Source: Deltaproteobacteria bacterium
Lineage (GTDB): Bacteria > JAGRBM01 > JAHCIT01
NCBI GenBank assembly: GCA_026129095.1
Contig: JAHCIT010000002.1
Span: forward strand, 186,001 to 250,000
Direction: 5' to 3'
Length of the DNA stretch: 64,000 nt
Under the pieces are notes generated by a model that saw only the letters and a program-made list of their open reading frames with translations, was not told where the DNA came from and did not search any database. Of the stretch, positions 37,478 to 47,564 are shown piece after piece (positions within the stretch are counted from its first letter, which is position 1; each line of letters begins with the position of its first letter). A program made the translations under genes and the position numbers.

Positions 37478-38347
37478 ATGGTACAGGTGGATGTGTTCTG
37501 GGCCTATGGATTCGGAGCCGGCTATGCGCTGTCGGCACACCGGCAGCTGAAAGCCGATTACGACGCCGACCCGGCGAAGGCTGAGGAGAACCAGTGGTAC
37601 TCGAAATATTTCGTACGGTTGCTGCTTTTCATCTCGATCCTGTTCGCCCCGTCGGGCATTTATCTCCTGTGGAACTTCCCGGACTGGGAGACGATGCAGG
37701 TGGCGACCAATCACCGGAGCCTTCCAGCCTGGCTGGTCACCGCCTTTGCGATCACCAACGTGACGCAGGGGATACTCGGTTACTGGCTCACCCGGAAGTT
37801 CATCACCAAGGGGAACTCGCACGGCGCGCTACTCAGCTTCGTGCTTTCCTATATCGGCTTCTTCTTTATTCTCGTTCATGGCTGGGACGGGACCGGCTAC
37901 CAGCGGTTTTTCTCGGTGAACCAGCAGGAGTTCCTTACCTGGGGTGAACGGCCCTGGCATGCGTGGCTCACGGGTCCGGTGGCGCTCACCCTCTACGGAA
38001 TGGGCGTCTTCATCCTTCCGCCGGTTTTCATACACGCCAGCCGGCAGTTCGCCGAAGGGCTGAAACTCGTTCCAAAGGAAAAGCTGATCGACAGCCCGTC
38101 GCAGCTCCGCTCGTTCGCCGAGTTCAACTTCCTCGTATTCGGTTGCGGGCTCGCCCCGGCGATTGTCGCGAGCTTACTGCTCCACACGCTGGGACTGGCG
38201 GGCGGACTGGCCGCCATTGCCGTTCTGGGCTGGCTGTTCTGTGCCAGATTCCTGGGCTGGGTAGACCGCCGGTTCCTCATGCGGACGGTGGACAGCCCCT
38301 CGGCAGGAGCACCTGGAGCCGTCGCACCAGACCCGGCACGGACATAA
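37478..38347 (+). CDS. Hypothetical membrane protein
   Basis: MVQVDVFWAYG start, P.WETM, HGWDGTGYQRF; about 7 TM segments. Confidence 0.75.
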   Translation: MVQVDVFWAYGFGAGYALSAHRQLKADYDADPAKAEENQWYSKYFVRLLLFISILFAPSGIYLLWNFPDWETMQVATNHRSLPAWLVTAFAITNVTQGILGYWLTRKFITKGNSHGALLSFVLSYIGFFFILVHGWDGTGYQRFFSVNQQEFLTWGERPWHAWLTGPVALTLYGMGVFILPPVFIHASRQFAEGLKLVPKEKLIDSPSQLRSFAEFNFLVFGCGLAPAIVASLLLHTLGLAGGLAAIAVLGWLFCARFLGWVDRRFLMRTVDSPSAGAPGAVAPDPART

Positions 38348-38359
38348 GGGTACGCACCC

Positions 38360-38959
38360 ATGAAGATCGAGATCGCCGGCCGGTTCAATCATCCGATCGG
38401 GCGCGTCTACGAAGTCATGTACAAACGGTTCGAACAGTTTCCGTCCCGGATTCCGAATGTGCTCGAGATCCGGGAGATGGAACGGAAAGTTCTCGTCGAA
38501 GGCACCCATGAACAGACCGTCCACCGCTGGACGGCGGACTCAAAGCTGATTCCCGGGTTCGCACGGCCGTTCATCAAGCCCGAGACACTTCAGTGGCTGG
38601 GCATCGCCGACTGGAAGCACGGCGAGAGGGTCGTCTATTTCGATTTTCGCAGCCATGTGTTCCGTAATCTCTACGAGTGCAAGGGTGAATTCCGGCTCCG
38701 CGAAGAAGGCGCCGTCACGGCTCTCGACATCAACGCGCACCTCGACATCTATGCCGACCGGCTGCCGGGAGTGCCCAACTGGTTCGCGAAACGGGCCGTG
38801 GGTGTCATCGAAAAGCTCCTGATGAATGCGATCGAACCGAGTCTCGCCGCGCTTCCAGATGCAGTGGAGTATTACCTCCAGCATCCTGACGAATCCCTAG
38901 CTGACCCTGGCTCAATCGATGCGCCTGACCGGTACCCGATTAGGTCCGGGCTAAACTGA
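38360..38959 (+). CDS. START/SRPBCC-like (DUF2505-like) protein
   Basis: F.HP...VY, PNVLEI, IPGFARPFIKP..L.W and a long C-terminal helix fit a helix-grip fold (inference). Confidence 0.55.
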   Translation: MKIEIAGRFNHPIGRVYEVMYKRFEQFPSRIPNVLEIREMERKVLVEGTHEQTVHRWTADSKLIPGFARPFIKPETLQWLGIADWKHGERVVYFDFRSHVFRNLYECKGEFRLREEGAVTALDINAHLDIYADRLPGVPNWFAKRAVGVIEKLLMNAIEPSLAALPDAVEYYLQHPDESLADPGSIDAPDRYPIRSGLN

Positions 38960-39146
38960 AAGCTCCGGCGGGCCGCTGAACCCGGAAATCTAACCTTGAG
39001 CCCGTTACAGTTTTTGGGGTGAGGTCACAACAAACCTGAAATCACAGGCTCAAGCTGGACAGTGAAAAGTGTCCACCTGTAGCGCCGCCTTTTGGGATTA
39101 CACCTCCCCTTCCGTCTCTCACCATTGGCGGGCGGGAGTAGCCCCC

Positions 39147-40328
39147 CTATTCCACCGCGAGGATCACGCACTTGAGGTAGGCGGTCTCGGGGATCGCGGG
39201 GTGGACCGGGTGGTCGGGGGCGGCGCCGCGCCACTCGGCGATGCGGGCCGTGCGGCCCGACCGGCGGACGGCGCGGGCGAGGGTCTCGCGGAACGCGCCG
39301 GCGTCCACATGGAACGAGCACGAGGAGGCGGCGTAGAAGCCGCCGGGGGCGGTGAGCTTAAGGCCGTTCACGGCAAGCTCCTGGTAGGCCCGGAGCGCCT
39401 CCGGCAGGTGCTTCTTCGACTTGGCGAGGGCGGGCGGGTCGGTCGAGACGACGCCGAACCGGCGGCCCTCCTTGACGAGACTCCGCAGCAGCGGGAAGGC
39501 GTCGCCCTCCATGAGCTCGTACCGGCCGGAAAACCCGTTCCGGTCGAGGGCCTCCCCGGCGAGCCGGAGCGCACGGCCCGAGGCGTCCAGGAGCGCGGCG
39601 GAGCTGGCCCCGCCCTTCAGCGCATGGAGCGCCAGCGCGCCCGTGTAGCTGAACACGTCGAGGACGGTTTCGTTCCGGGCGAAACCGGCGAGGCGGCGGC
39701 GGTTTTCCTGCTGGTCGAGAAAGAAGCCGGTCTTCTGGCCGGTGAGGATATCCACGGGGAAGGCGAGGCCCGCCTCCTCCACCCAGAGGATATCCGGCAC
39801 GGAGCCCCTCACCACCTCGACCGATTCGGCGAGTCCTTCCAGCTCGCGGCCGGAGCCCCGGTTGGCAAAAACGACGGCATCGGGCCGGTAGACCTCCTCC
39901 AGCGCCGAGACGACCGACTTCTGGCGGATATCCATGCCGGCGGTCCCGGACTGGACGGCGAGCGTGCCGCCGAACCGGTCCACGATGAGCCCCGGCAGGC
40001 CGTCGCTGTCGGCGAAGATCTCCCGGCGGAGCGCCGCCCCCGGCATCACCCGGTCGCGGTAGGCGCGGGCGGCCTCGAACTTCCGGCGGAACAGCGGGGC
40101 GTGGAGCTCCTCGCGGCCCGTGGTGACGATGCGGACGGCGATGAGCGAGCGCGGGTTGACGTAGCCGCGGCCCAGGAACGTCCCGCCGTGGGCATGGACA
40201 TCCACGGCGTCGCCGGGGGCGAACTCGCGGAGCTTGCCCTCGATCTCGTTGGAGTAGACCCACGGGTGCCCGGCGAGCACCCGGCGCTCCTCGTCCTTTT
40301 TCAGGATGATTTTCGCTGCCCGCGACAT
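39147..40328 (-). CDS. rlmI: PUA-domain class I SAM rRNA methyltransferase (RlmI-like)
   Basis: GHPWVYSNEI, SDGLPGLIVD, GQKTGFFLDQ, VLDVFSYTG, DPPA, DHP...PETAYLK. Confidence 0.85.
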   Translation of the reverse strand: MSRAAKIILKKDEERRVLAGHPWVYSNEIEGKLREFAPGDAVDVHAHGGTFLGRGYVNPRSLIAVRIVTTGREELHAPLFRRKFEAARAYRDRVMPGAALRREIFADSDGLPGLIVDRFGGTLAVQSGTAGMDIRQKSVVSALEEVYRPDAVVFANRGSGRELEGLAESVEVVRGSVPDILWVEEAGLAFPVDILTGQKTGFFLDQQENRRRLAGFARNETVLDVFSYTGALALHALKGGASSAALLDASGRALRLAGEALDRNGFSGRYELMEGDAFPLLRSLVKEGRRFGVVSTDPPALAKSKKHLPEALRAYQELAVNGLKLTAPGGFYAASSCSFHVDAGAFRETLARAVRRSGRTARIAEWRGAAPDHPVHPAIPETAYLKCVILAVE

Positions 40329-40452
40329 GCGGCCCGGCAGTAACCGATCCCGCCCGGACGGGCAAAGGAGGGGCTTGCCGCTTCCTCCGGCCAGCCGTTA
40401 GAGTGCCGGTCCGGCTCACCGGTCCAGCTACCGGTTCTCCCGGGGGTTTTTC

Positions 40453-42150
40453 ATGGCGACGGCACTACAGCGTGTGTACGAGCAGGTCCGCGTGGGGCAG
40501 GCGGTGTTCCGCGACGCCAACCGTTTCCGCGAGATCGTGACGATCCTCGCCCGGCACGGATTCGGCGCGTTCGTCGAGTCGCTCCACCTCCAGGACCGGT
40601 GGCTCATCAACAAGCTGGCGGCCATGGGCTCCCGCGAGGCGGGGCAGCTTCCGTTCGAGCGGCGGATGCTGAAGGCGATCCAGGAGCTGGGGCCGACGTT
40701 CGTCAAGCTCGGCCAGATCCTCTCCACGCGGCCCGACATCGTTCCGCCGGCGCTGGTGGCCGAGCTGAAGACGCTCCAGGACGCCGTGCCGCCGATGACC
40801 TGGGAGGAGGTGGACGCGCAGCTAAAGGCCGAAATCGGCGCGGACTGGCGCGGGAAGTTCAGCGAGTTCTCGGAAAAGCCGCTCGCCTGCGCCTCCATCG
40901 CGCAGGTCCACCGCGCCGTCCTGAAGGACGGCGGGCACGAGGTCGTCGTCAAGGTCCAGCGGCCGAACATCCAGGGCAAGATCGAGGCGGACGTTGAGAT
41001 CATGGGGTTCCTCGCCCGCGCGCTGGAGGCGAACTTCCCCGAGACGCGGCTCTTTTCCCCGGCGGGAATCGTGGAGGAGTTCGAGAAGGCAATCCTGAAG
41101 GAGATCGACTTCACCCACGAGTCCGGGCACATCGAGCGGTTCCAGCAGAACTTCCGGAACAACCCGGCCGTCCACTTCCCCAGGCCCTACAAGGAGCTCT
41201 CGACGCCGCGGGTGTTCGTGATGGAGTTCATCCGGGGGACGAAGATCACCAGCATCACGCCCGACAGGTTCGACGTGGCGAAGGTGGTGGACACGGGCCT
41301 CAACTCCATCTTCCAGATGATCTACCAGGACGGGTTCTTCCACGGCGACCTGCATCCGGGGAACCTGCTCGTCCGCGACGACAACGTGCTCTGCTTCATC
41401 GACTTCGGCCTGTGCGGGCGGCTCAGCCAGCGGCAGCGGGACCAGCTCATCGACGTGCTCATCGCCATCGTGCGGCAGGATTACGAGTCGGTCGCCCGCA
41501 CCTTCTGGAAGATCGGCATCCACGGCAAGGACACGGTGAAGGACTACGGCGTCTTCGAGGCCGACGTGGTGGAGATGCTGGACAAGTGGTTCACCGGAAA
41601 GACGCTGGACGAGATCGAGTTCGGCGGGCTGTTCAAGGACCTCATCGAGGGCGCCATGCGCCACCGCCTCCGGATGCCGCCCGACTACACGATGACCTTC
41701 AAGGCGGTCATCACGATGGAGGGCGTGGGCCGGGAGCTCCAGCCGGGGCTGGACGTGCTGGCCAAGGCGCGGCCGTTCATCACGGCGATCCTGAAGGAAC
41801 GGTACAGCCCGGAGAAGCTGCTGAAGAAGGCGGTCGATTCGGCCCGCGAGCTGGCCGAGATCATCAGCTCGTTCCCCCAGACGGTGCAGGCGATCATGGA
41901 AGACCTTCGCAAGGGGGAGACGCAGCTCAACATCGAGCTGACCCAGGCGCGCCACCTCCAGCGCACCTACGCCAAGACCCAGAGCCGGAACATGTACGCG
42001 GTCATGGCCTCGGCGGCGGCGATCAGCGGAACGCTGGCCCTCCCTCACGACGGCTACGCCGTGCTGGGTTTTCCGGCCGTGAGCTTCTGGTTCTATCTGC
42101 TGACCGTGCTGCTGGGGGCGGGGTTCTTCCTCAAGTCCGGCGGGGATTGA
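40453..42150 (+). CDS. ABC1/UbiB (AarF) family atypical kinase
   Basis: LGPTFVKLGQILSTRPD, A.ASIAQVH, VKVQRP, GFFHGDLHPGN, DFG; C-terminal TM helices. Confidence 0.92.
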   Translation: MATALQRVYEQVRVGQAVFRDANRFREIVTILARHGFGAFVESLHLQDRWLINKLAAMGSREAGQLPFERRMLKAIQELGPTFVKLGQILSTRPDIVPPALVAELKTLQDAVPPMTWEEVDAQLKAEIGADWRGKFSEFSEKPLACASIAQVHRAVLKDGGHEVVVKVQRPNIQGKIEADVEIMGFLARALEANFPETRLFSPAGIVEEFEKAILKEIDFTHESGHIERFQQNFRNNPAVHFPRPYKELSTPRVFVMEFIRGTKITSITPDRFDVAKVVDTGLNSIFQMIYQDGFFHGDLHPGNLLVRDDNVLCFIDFGLCGRLSQRQRDQLIDVLIAIVRQDYESVARTFWKIGIHGKDTVKDYGVFEADVVEMLDKWFTGKTLDEIEFGGLFKDLIEGAMRHRLRMPPDYTMTFKAVITMEGVGRELQPGLDVLAKARPFITAILKERYSPEKLLKKAVDSARELAEIISSFPQTVQAIMEDLRKGETQLNIELTQARHLQRTYAKTQSRNMYAVMASAAAISGTLALPHDGYAVLGFPAVSFWFYLLTVLLGAGFFLKSGGD

Positions 42151-42183
42151 GGGGCTTCCCGGCCGCCCGGCCGTTTTTTCCCG

Positions 42184-43161
42184 TCAGTCGTTCCGCTGGA
42201 CGGGATTATTCACCGGCTTCAGCGTCATAAGATAGTCATGGATCGCGCCCAGGTCCTGATCCGTCATCCCGGCGTACATGATCCACGGCATCGGGGTGTT
42301 CACCTCCCCTTCCTGCAGGGCGCGGGGCGGATTCACGGCGGGGTCGTGCTCCCGGAACCGGGCGATGAACGTTTCGCGGCTCCAGGCGCCGATGCCGGTC
42401 TCGATGTCCGGCGTGATGTTGGAAGACCGGATCACGCCGTTCGGCATCCTGAACTCGAAGCCGCCGGCGAACTCCATCCCCTCGATCCGCTTGCCGCGCA
42501 CGGCCTTCGAGTGGCAGTCGATGCAGCCGGCCATGGTCGTCACGTATTCGCCGTAGGCGGCGGCGTCCGACGGAGCGGGGCGCGGGCGGAAGCTGGGGTC
42601 GCGGGGAATCGTGGGCAGGATCATTCCCAGCGGGAAGGCGGGTTTTGATTCCGGCACGGCGTGCCCCAGGGGCTTCAGCGTGCGGACGTAGGCCGCGATC
42701 GCCCTCGCGTCCTCCTCGTCCATGCGCCCGTAGTTGGGATACGGCATCACCGGGAAGTAGGCCCGCCCGTCGCGGCTCACCCCGGCGGTGAAGGCGCGGA
42801 GCAGTTCACCGTCGGTCCAGTTGCCGATTCCGGTCACGGCGTCCGGCGTGATGTTGCGGGCGTAGTAGTCGCCGGGGAATCCGGACTCCCGTCCGAACTT
42901 CTCGCCGCCCCGTCCCTCGGTGCCCTCCACCAGGGGGCCGCCCAGCCGGTCCCAGTCCCGCGCCGAATGGCAGTCAATGCAGACGGCGACGTGGTTGGCG
43001 AGGTAGCTCCCGCGTTCAATCAGGGCCTCGTCGGCAATGATGCGGATGTCGCGGGGCGGGCTCACCTTCGGGTAGCCAAAAACGGCACAGGCGGCGAGCG
43101 CCAGCGTGCCCGCCGTCACGGCAAGCAGGCGGAAGCGGGACAGAAAGCGGAACATGACCAT
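42184..43161 (-). CDS. Diheme cytochrome c lipoprotein
   Basis: Two CIDCH motifs, each followed by NITPD..TGIG.W and MP; lipobox LAAC. Confidence 0.88.
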   Translation of the reverse strand: MVMFRFLSRFRLLAVTAGTLALAACAVFGYPKVSPPRDIRIIADEALIERGSYLANHVAVCIDCHSARDWDRLGGPLVEGTEGRGGEKFGRESGFPGDYYARNITPDAVTGIGNWTDGELLRAFTAGVSRDGRAYFPVMPYPNYGRMDEEDARAIAAYVRTLKPLGHAVPESKPAFPLGMILPTIPRDPSFRPRPAPSDAAAYGEYVTTMAGCIDCHSKAVRGKRIEGMEFAGGFEFRMPNGVIRSSNITPDIETGIGAWSRETFIARFREHDPAVNPPRALQEGEVNTPMPWIMYAGMTDQDLGAIHDYLMTLKPVNNPVQRND

Positions 43162-43242
43162 CGTGGACTCCTGTTCGTAACCGGATAGGAGCCACGCGAT
43201 AGCCGCAGGGAGACGGGGCGGCAAGGCGCCGTTACAACTGTT

Positions 43243-44730
43243 TCAGCTTTTGGGCGCCCAGCGGAGGACGGGCTGGCGGGCGGCGCGGGTCTCGTCGAGG
43301 CGGCGGCGGAAGGCGCCGTGGGGGGCGGTCCGGAGGAGTTCGGGATTGTCCTTCGCCTCGGCGGCGATCTCCCGCATGGCGGCGACGAACTGGTCCAGGG
43401 TTTCCTTCGACTCGCTCTCGGTCGGCTCGATCATCAGGGCGTTCCGCACCACCAGCGGGAAGAACACCGTCGGCGGATGATAGCCCTTGTCGATCATCCG
43501 CTTGGCGATGTCGAGGGTCGTGACGCCATGGGGCCGCTGGAGTTCGTCGCTGAACACCGCTTCGTGCATGCAGGGCTCGTCGAAGGCGAGCCTGAAGCTG
43601 TCCTTGAGCTGCACGCGCAGGTAGTTGGCGTTCAGCACGGCCGCCCCGGACATCTCCTTCAGCCCTGAATTGCCCATTGTCTTTATGTACGCCCACGCCC
43701 TCAGGTTGATGCCGAAGTTCGAGAAGAAGCTCCGGATGCGGCCGATCGACTTCGGCCGGTCATGCGAGAAGGCGTAGCGGTCGCCGTTCTTCACGATGCA
43801 CGGCGAGGGGAGATACGGTTCCAGCCGCTCCGAGACGACGACCGCGCCCGCGCCGGGGCCGCCTCCGCCGTGCGGGGTCGAGAAGGTCTTGTGCAGGTTG
43901 AACTGCGAGACGTCCACGCCCATCTTCCCCATCGAGGCCTGCCCGACGATGGCGTTCAGGTTCGCCCCGTCGCAGTAGAGGAGCCCGCCCTGCGAATGGA
44001 TGAGGTCGCCGATGTCGGCGATCTGGTTCTCGAACAGGCCGAGCGTGCTGGGATTGGTCAGCATGATGGCGGCCGTCTCGTCATCCACCACCGCCCTCAC
44101 CTCGTCCACGGTGAGGCGGCTCGCTTTTGCCTCCAGCGGCACGACCTCGAAACCGCACATGGCCGCCGTGGCCGGGTTGGTGCCGTGGGCCGTGGCCGGG
44201 ACGATGATCTTCCTGCGCCGCCCGCCCCGGTCCAGGTGGTAGGCCCGGATCATCAGGACGCCGGTGAACTCGCCGTGGGCGCCGGCGGCGGGATTGAGCG
44301 CGCAGGCGTGCATGCCCACGCACTTGCGGAGATCCTCGGTGAGTTCCCACAGGATGCGGAGCGCGCCCTGCGCGAACGCCTCCGGCATCAGCGGATGCAG
44401 GCGCGAAAAGCCGGGATGCCGCACCAGCGATTCGTGCAGCTTCGGGTTGTATTTCATCGTGCAGGAACCGAGCGGAAAGAGCCCCGCATCAATGCAGTAG
44501 TTGTACTGGGCGAGCCGCGTGTAGTGGCGCACGACATCGAACTCGCTCACTTCAGGGAAACCTTCCAGCTCGCCCCGGACGAGATGGCCCTCGATGCCGT
44601 CGGGCGACTTCGCTTCCGGCGCGTCCAGTTCAGGCAGCGCGTAGCCCCGCCGGCCGGGGGAGCCGCGCTCGAAGATGAGCGGCTCCTCCAGAACGAGGCC
44701 CTGGGTGCCGGGCGGCTTCAGCAGGCTCAC
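43243..44730 (-). CDS. gcvPB: Glycine dehydrogenase (decarboxylating) subunit 2
   Basis: PLGSCTMKYNP, AHGTNPA, NLHKTFSTPHGGGGPG (PLP Lys), IEPTESE; GTG start overlaps the gcvPA stop. Confidence 0.95.
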   Translation of the reverse strand: MSLLKPPGTQGLVLEEPLIFERGSPGRRGYALPELDAPEAKSPDGIEGHLVRGELEGFPEVSEFDVVRHYTRLAQYNYCIDAGLFPLGSCTMKYNPKLHESLVRHPGFSRLHPLMPEAFAQGALRILWELTEDLRKCVGMHACALNPAAGAHGEFTGVLMIRAYHLDRGGRRRKIIVPATAHGTNPATAAMCGFEVVPLEAKASRLTVDEVRAVVDDETAAIMLTNPSTLGLFENQIADIGDLIHSQGGLLYCDGANLNAIVGQASMGKMGVDVSQFNLHKTFSTPHGGGGPGAGAVVVSERLEPYLPSPCIVKNGDRYAFSHDRPKSIGRIRSFFSNFGINLRAWAYIKTMGNSGLKEMSGAAVLNANYLRVQLKDSFRLAFDEPCMHEAVFSDELQRPHGVTTLDIAKRMIDKGYHPPTVFFPLVVRNALMIEPTESESKETLDQFVAAMREIAAEAKDNPELLRTAPHGAFRRRLDETRAARQPVLRWAPKS

Positions 44731-46088
44731 CGGATCACCTCCCGTGCGAAGCCGACGAGGGCATCGTGGTGGCGCTTCTGGTGGCGCTCGGTCGTGCACA
44801 GGTGCAGCTCGTTCGCGTGGGCGGGGCCGAGCAGCGCGCCGAGGTCAATGCCGGCCGCCAGCTGCCGCGCCTCGGCCTTCCTCACGAACTCCGCCGCCGG
44901 GATGGGGAGCCGCAGGACGAACTCGTTGAAGAACGGCCCGGAGTAGGCGGCCGTGACGCCGGGAATCTCCAGCAGGCGGCGGCGAAGCTCGCGGGCGAGC
45001 GAGAGGTTCTGCCGGGCGAGATCCTTCAGCCCCTGGCGGCCCATGAGCGACAGGTAGACCGTCACCCACAGGGCGCAGAGCTGCTGCGAGGTGCAGATGT
45101 TGGAGGTCGCCTTCTCGCGCCGGATGAACTGCTCGCGGGTCGTGAGCGTCAGCACGAACGCCCGGCGGCCGTCCTGGTCCACCGTCTCGCCGACGAGACG
45201 GCCCGGCATCTGCCGGACGTATTCCTTCTTGCAGCAGAAGATCCCCACGTTCGGGCCGCCGAAATAGGGCGGAAGCCCCAGTCCCTGCGCCTCGCCCACG
45301 ACGATGTCCGCGCCGAACCGGCCCGGCGGCTCGACAAGCGCGAGCGAGAGGGGCTCGCCCGTCACGGCGATGAACAGGGCGCCCGTTCCGGCGGCGGCCT
45401 CCCCCACCGCCTTCCAGTCCTCGATGATGCCGAGGATGTTCGGGCTCTGGACGACCACCCCGCCCACGTCTCCGGCCTCGCGGATCCGGGCGGCCAGTTT
45501 CGCCGTGTCGGTGCGGCCGGTCGCCCGGTCCACCGGGACGGTTTCCAGCACGATCGTCTCCAGCGGGGAGACGAACGTGCGGACGGTATCCAGGTAGTGC
45601 GGGTGAAGCGCGCCCGAGACGAGGAACCGCGTCTTCCTCGTGAGCCGGTGGGCCATCAGCACCGCCTCGGCGGCCGAGGTCGCCGCGTCGTACATGGACG
45701 AGTTGGCGACATCCATGCCGGTGAGCATGGCCATGTAGGTCTGGAACTCGTACGCCCCCATGAGCGTGCCCTGGGCGATCTCCGGCTGGTAGGGCGTATA
45801 AGCCGTGGCGAACTCGCCCCGGACCACCAGATGCTCGATCACGGCCGGGGTGTAGTGGTCGTAGGCGCCCGCCCCCAGAAAAGAGATGAGGTCGCGGGGC
45901 CTTGCGGCGGCGATGGAGTCGGCGAGCCGCTGAAGCTCCATCTCGGAGACGGGCGGATCGAGCGGCAGAAGGCCGCGCACCCGCACCCGCTCGGGAATCT
46001 GCCGGTCGATGAGCTCGGTCACCGAGCCCGCACCGGCTGTCTCCAGCATGGCCTTCGCGTCGGCGTCAGTCAGGGGGATGTAACGCAT
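44727..46088 (-). CDS. gcvPA: Glycine dehydrogenase (decarboxylating) subunit 1
   Basis: FLGAGAY, TAYTPYQPEIAQG, PGRLVG, REQFIRREKATSNICT. Confidence 0.95.
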   Translation of the reverse strand: MRYIPLTDADAKAMLETAGAGSVTELIDRQIPERVRVRGLLPLDPPVSEMELQRLADSIAAARPRDLISFLGAGAYDHYTPAVIEHLVVRGEFATAYTPYQPEIAQGTLMGAYEFQTYMAMLTGMDVANSSMYDAATSAAEAVLMAHRLTRKTRFLVSGALHPHYLDTVRTFVSPLETIVLETVPVDRATGRTDTAKLAARIREAGDVGGVVVQSPNILGIIEDWKAVGEAAAGTGALFIAVTGEPLSLALVEPPGRFGADIVVGEAQGLGLPPYFGGPNVGIFCCKKEYVRQMPGRLVGETVDQDGRRAFVLTLTTREQFIRREKATSNICTSQQLCALWVTVYLSLMGRQGLKDLARQNLSLARELRRRLLEIPGVTAAYSGPFFNEFVLRLPIPAAEFVRKAEARQLAAGIDLGALLGPAHANELHLCTTERHQKRHHDALVGFAREVIR

Positions 46089-46101
46089 GGATTGCTGGTG
46101 G

Positions 46102-46479
46102 CTACTGGGTGATGAGCGCCCGGTACTGTCCGGCGGTGAGCAGCTTGTCGAGGCCGGCCGTGTCCAGTGGCGCGACGCGGATCATCCACGCCTTGTAGGG
46201 GTCGGCATTGACCGATTCGGGCGCGCCGGTGAGCGACGAGTTGACCGCCGTCACCTTGCCCGAGAGCGGCGCATAGAGATCGCTCACGGCTTTCACCGAC
46301 TCGATGACGCCGAATGCCTTGCCCGCCGTCACCTGCGAGTTCACGGCGGGCAGCTCCACGAACACCACGTCGCCCAGCTGCTCGGCGGCGAACTCCGTCA
46401 CGCCGATGACGGCCTCGTCGCCCTCCATCCGTACCCATTCGTGCTCGGCGGTGTATCTGAGATGTTCAGGAACGTTCAT
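46102..46479 (-). CDS. gcvH: Glycine cleavage system H protein
   Basis: YTAEHEW, LGDVVFVELP, ESVKA lipoyl Lys, N.DPY..W. Confidence 0.95.
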   Translation of the reverse strand: MNVPEHLRYTAEHEWVRMEGDEAVIGVTEFAAEQLGDVVFVELPAVNSQVTAGKAFGVIESVKAVSDLYAPLSGKVTAVNSSLTGAPESVNADPYKAWMIRVAPLDTAGLDKLLTAGQYRALITQ

Positions 46480-46645
46480 GCGGCCTCGCTTGCTTCTTAA
46501 GGAAGGATACCGGGGCGAAACGGACCGAACGGACGGGGAGCCCCGGCGCGGCAAAGCTGCCTTGGCGGACCGGTGAAATCAACCGGAAAAGACATCCGGC
46601 CGGAGGGTCCGGTTTCCCCTTGCGGACCGGTCCCCCGGACGGGAT

Positions 46646-47503
46646 ATGATCCCTGAAGCCATGCACACCCTGAACTGGCGACAGATCGACGCCCTGATCG
46701 ACGCGGCCCTGGAGGAAGACCTGGGCCTGGCGGGCGACATCACCTCTACTGCCATCTTCGACGGGGGCCAGCGGATCAGCGCGAGGTTCGTGGCCCGCGA
46801 GCCGGGCGTGCTCGCCGGACTGAACGTGGCGCTGCGGGTGTTCAGCCGGTTCGACCCCGCCATGGCCGCCGGAACCCTGCTGCCGGAGGGGGCCCCGTTC
46901 TCCGCCGGAGCGGAGCTGGGATACGTGAACGGGCTCGCCGCCAGTGTCCTGCCGGCCGAGCGCACGGCACTCAACTTCCTCCGCCACCTGACGGGCGTCG
47001 CCACCCTGACCCGCGCCTTCGTGGACCGGGTGAAGGGGACGAAGGCCCGGATCACCGACACCCGCAAGACGACCCCGCTCCTCCGGGGGCTGGAAAAGTA
47101 TGCCGTCACGATGGGGGGCGGCATCAACCACCGGTTCGGGCTGTTCGACGCGGCCATGGTGAAGGACAACCACATCGCCGCGGCCGGTTCCATCGGCGCA
47201 GCCATCCGCAGCGTCCGGGCCCGGATTCCCCACACGGCGACGATCACCTGCGAGGTGGACCGTCTGGACCAGATCGAGGAGGCGCTCGCCGCCGGGGCCG
47301 ATTCGATCCTGCTGGACAACATGACGGCGGCCGAGCTGAGGCAGGCCGTGGCGCTGGTCGGCGGCCGGGCACGGACCGAGGCCTCAGGCGGCGTCCGGCT
47401 GGAGACGGTGGGCGAGATCGCCGCCACCGGCGTTGATCTCATCAGCGTGGGCGCGCTGACCCACTCTCCCCGGCAGGTGGATATCGCACTGGATGTGCAG
47501 TGA
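46646..47503 (+). CDS. nadC: Quinolinate phosphoribosyltransferase
   Basis: ERTALNFL, DTRKTTP, NHRFGL.D, KDNH, LLDN, EASGG, SVGALTHS. Confidence 0.95.
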   Translation: MIPEAMHTLNWRQIDALIDAALEEDLGLAGDITSTAIFDGGQRISARFVAREPGVLAGLNVALRVFSRFDPAMAAGTLLPEGAPFSAGAELGYVNGLAASVLPAERTALNFLRHLTGVATLTRAFVDRVKGTKARITDTRKTTPLLRGLEKYAVTMGGGINHRFGLFDAAMVKDNHIAAAGSIGAAIRSVRARIPHTATITCEVDRLDQIEEALAAGADSILLDNMTAAELRQAVALVGGRARTEASGGVRLETVGEIAATGVDLISVGALTHSPRQVDIALDVQ

Positions 47504-47564
47504 CCGCACGGAGCGGCGGCCCCAGATGGCGGCGCGAACCCTGGGTCAGACCGGTTCGTGCGGG

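Noticed and set aside
46480-46645. Glycine riboswitch upstream of gcvH
   Set aside because: Conserved GGAGA, CCGAAG and CUCAGG elements are not seen on the minus strand.
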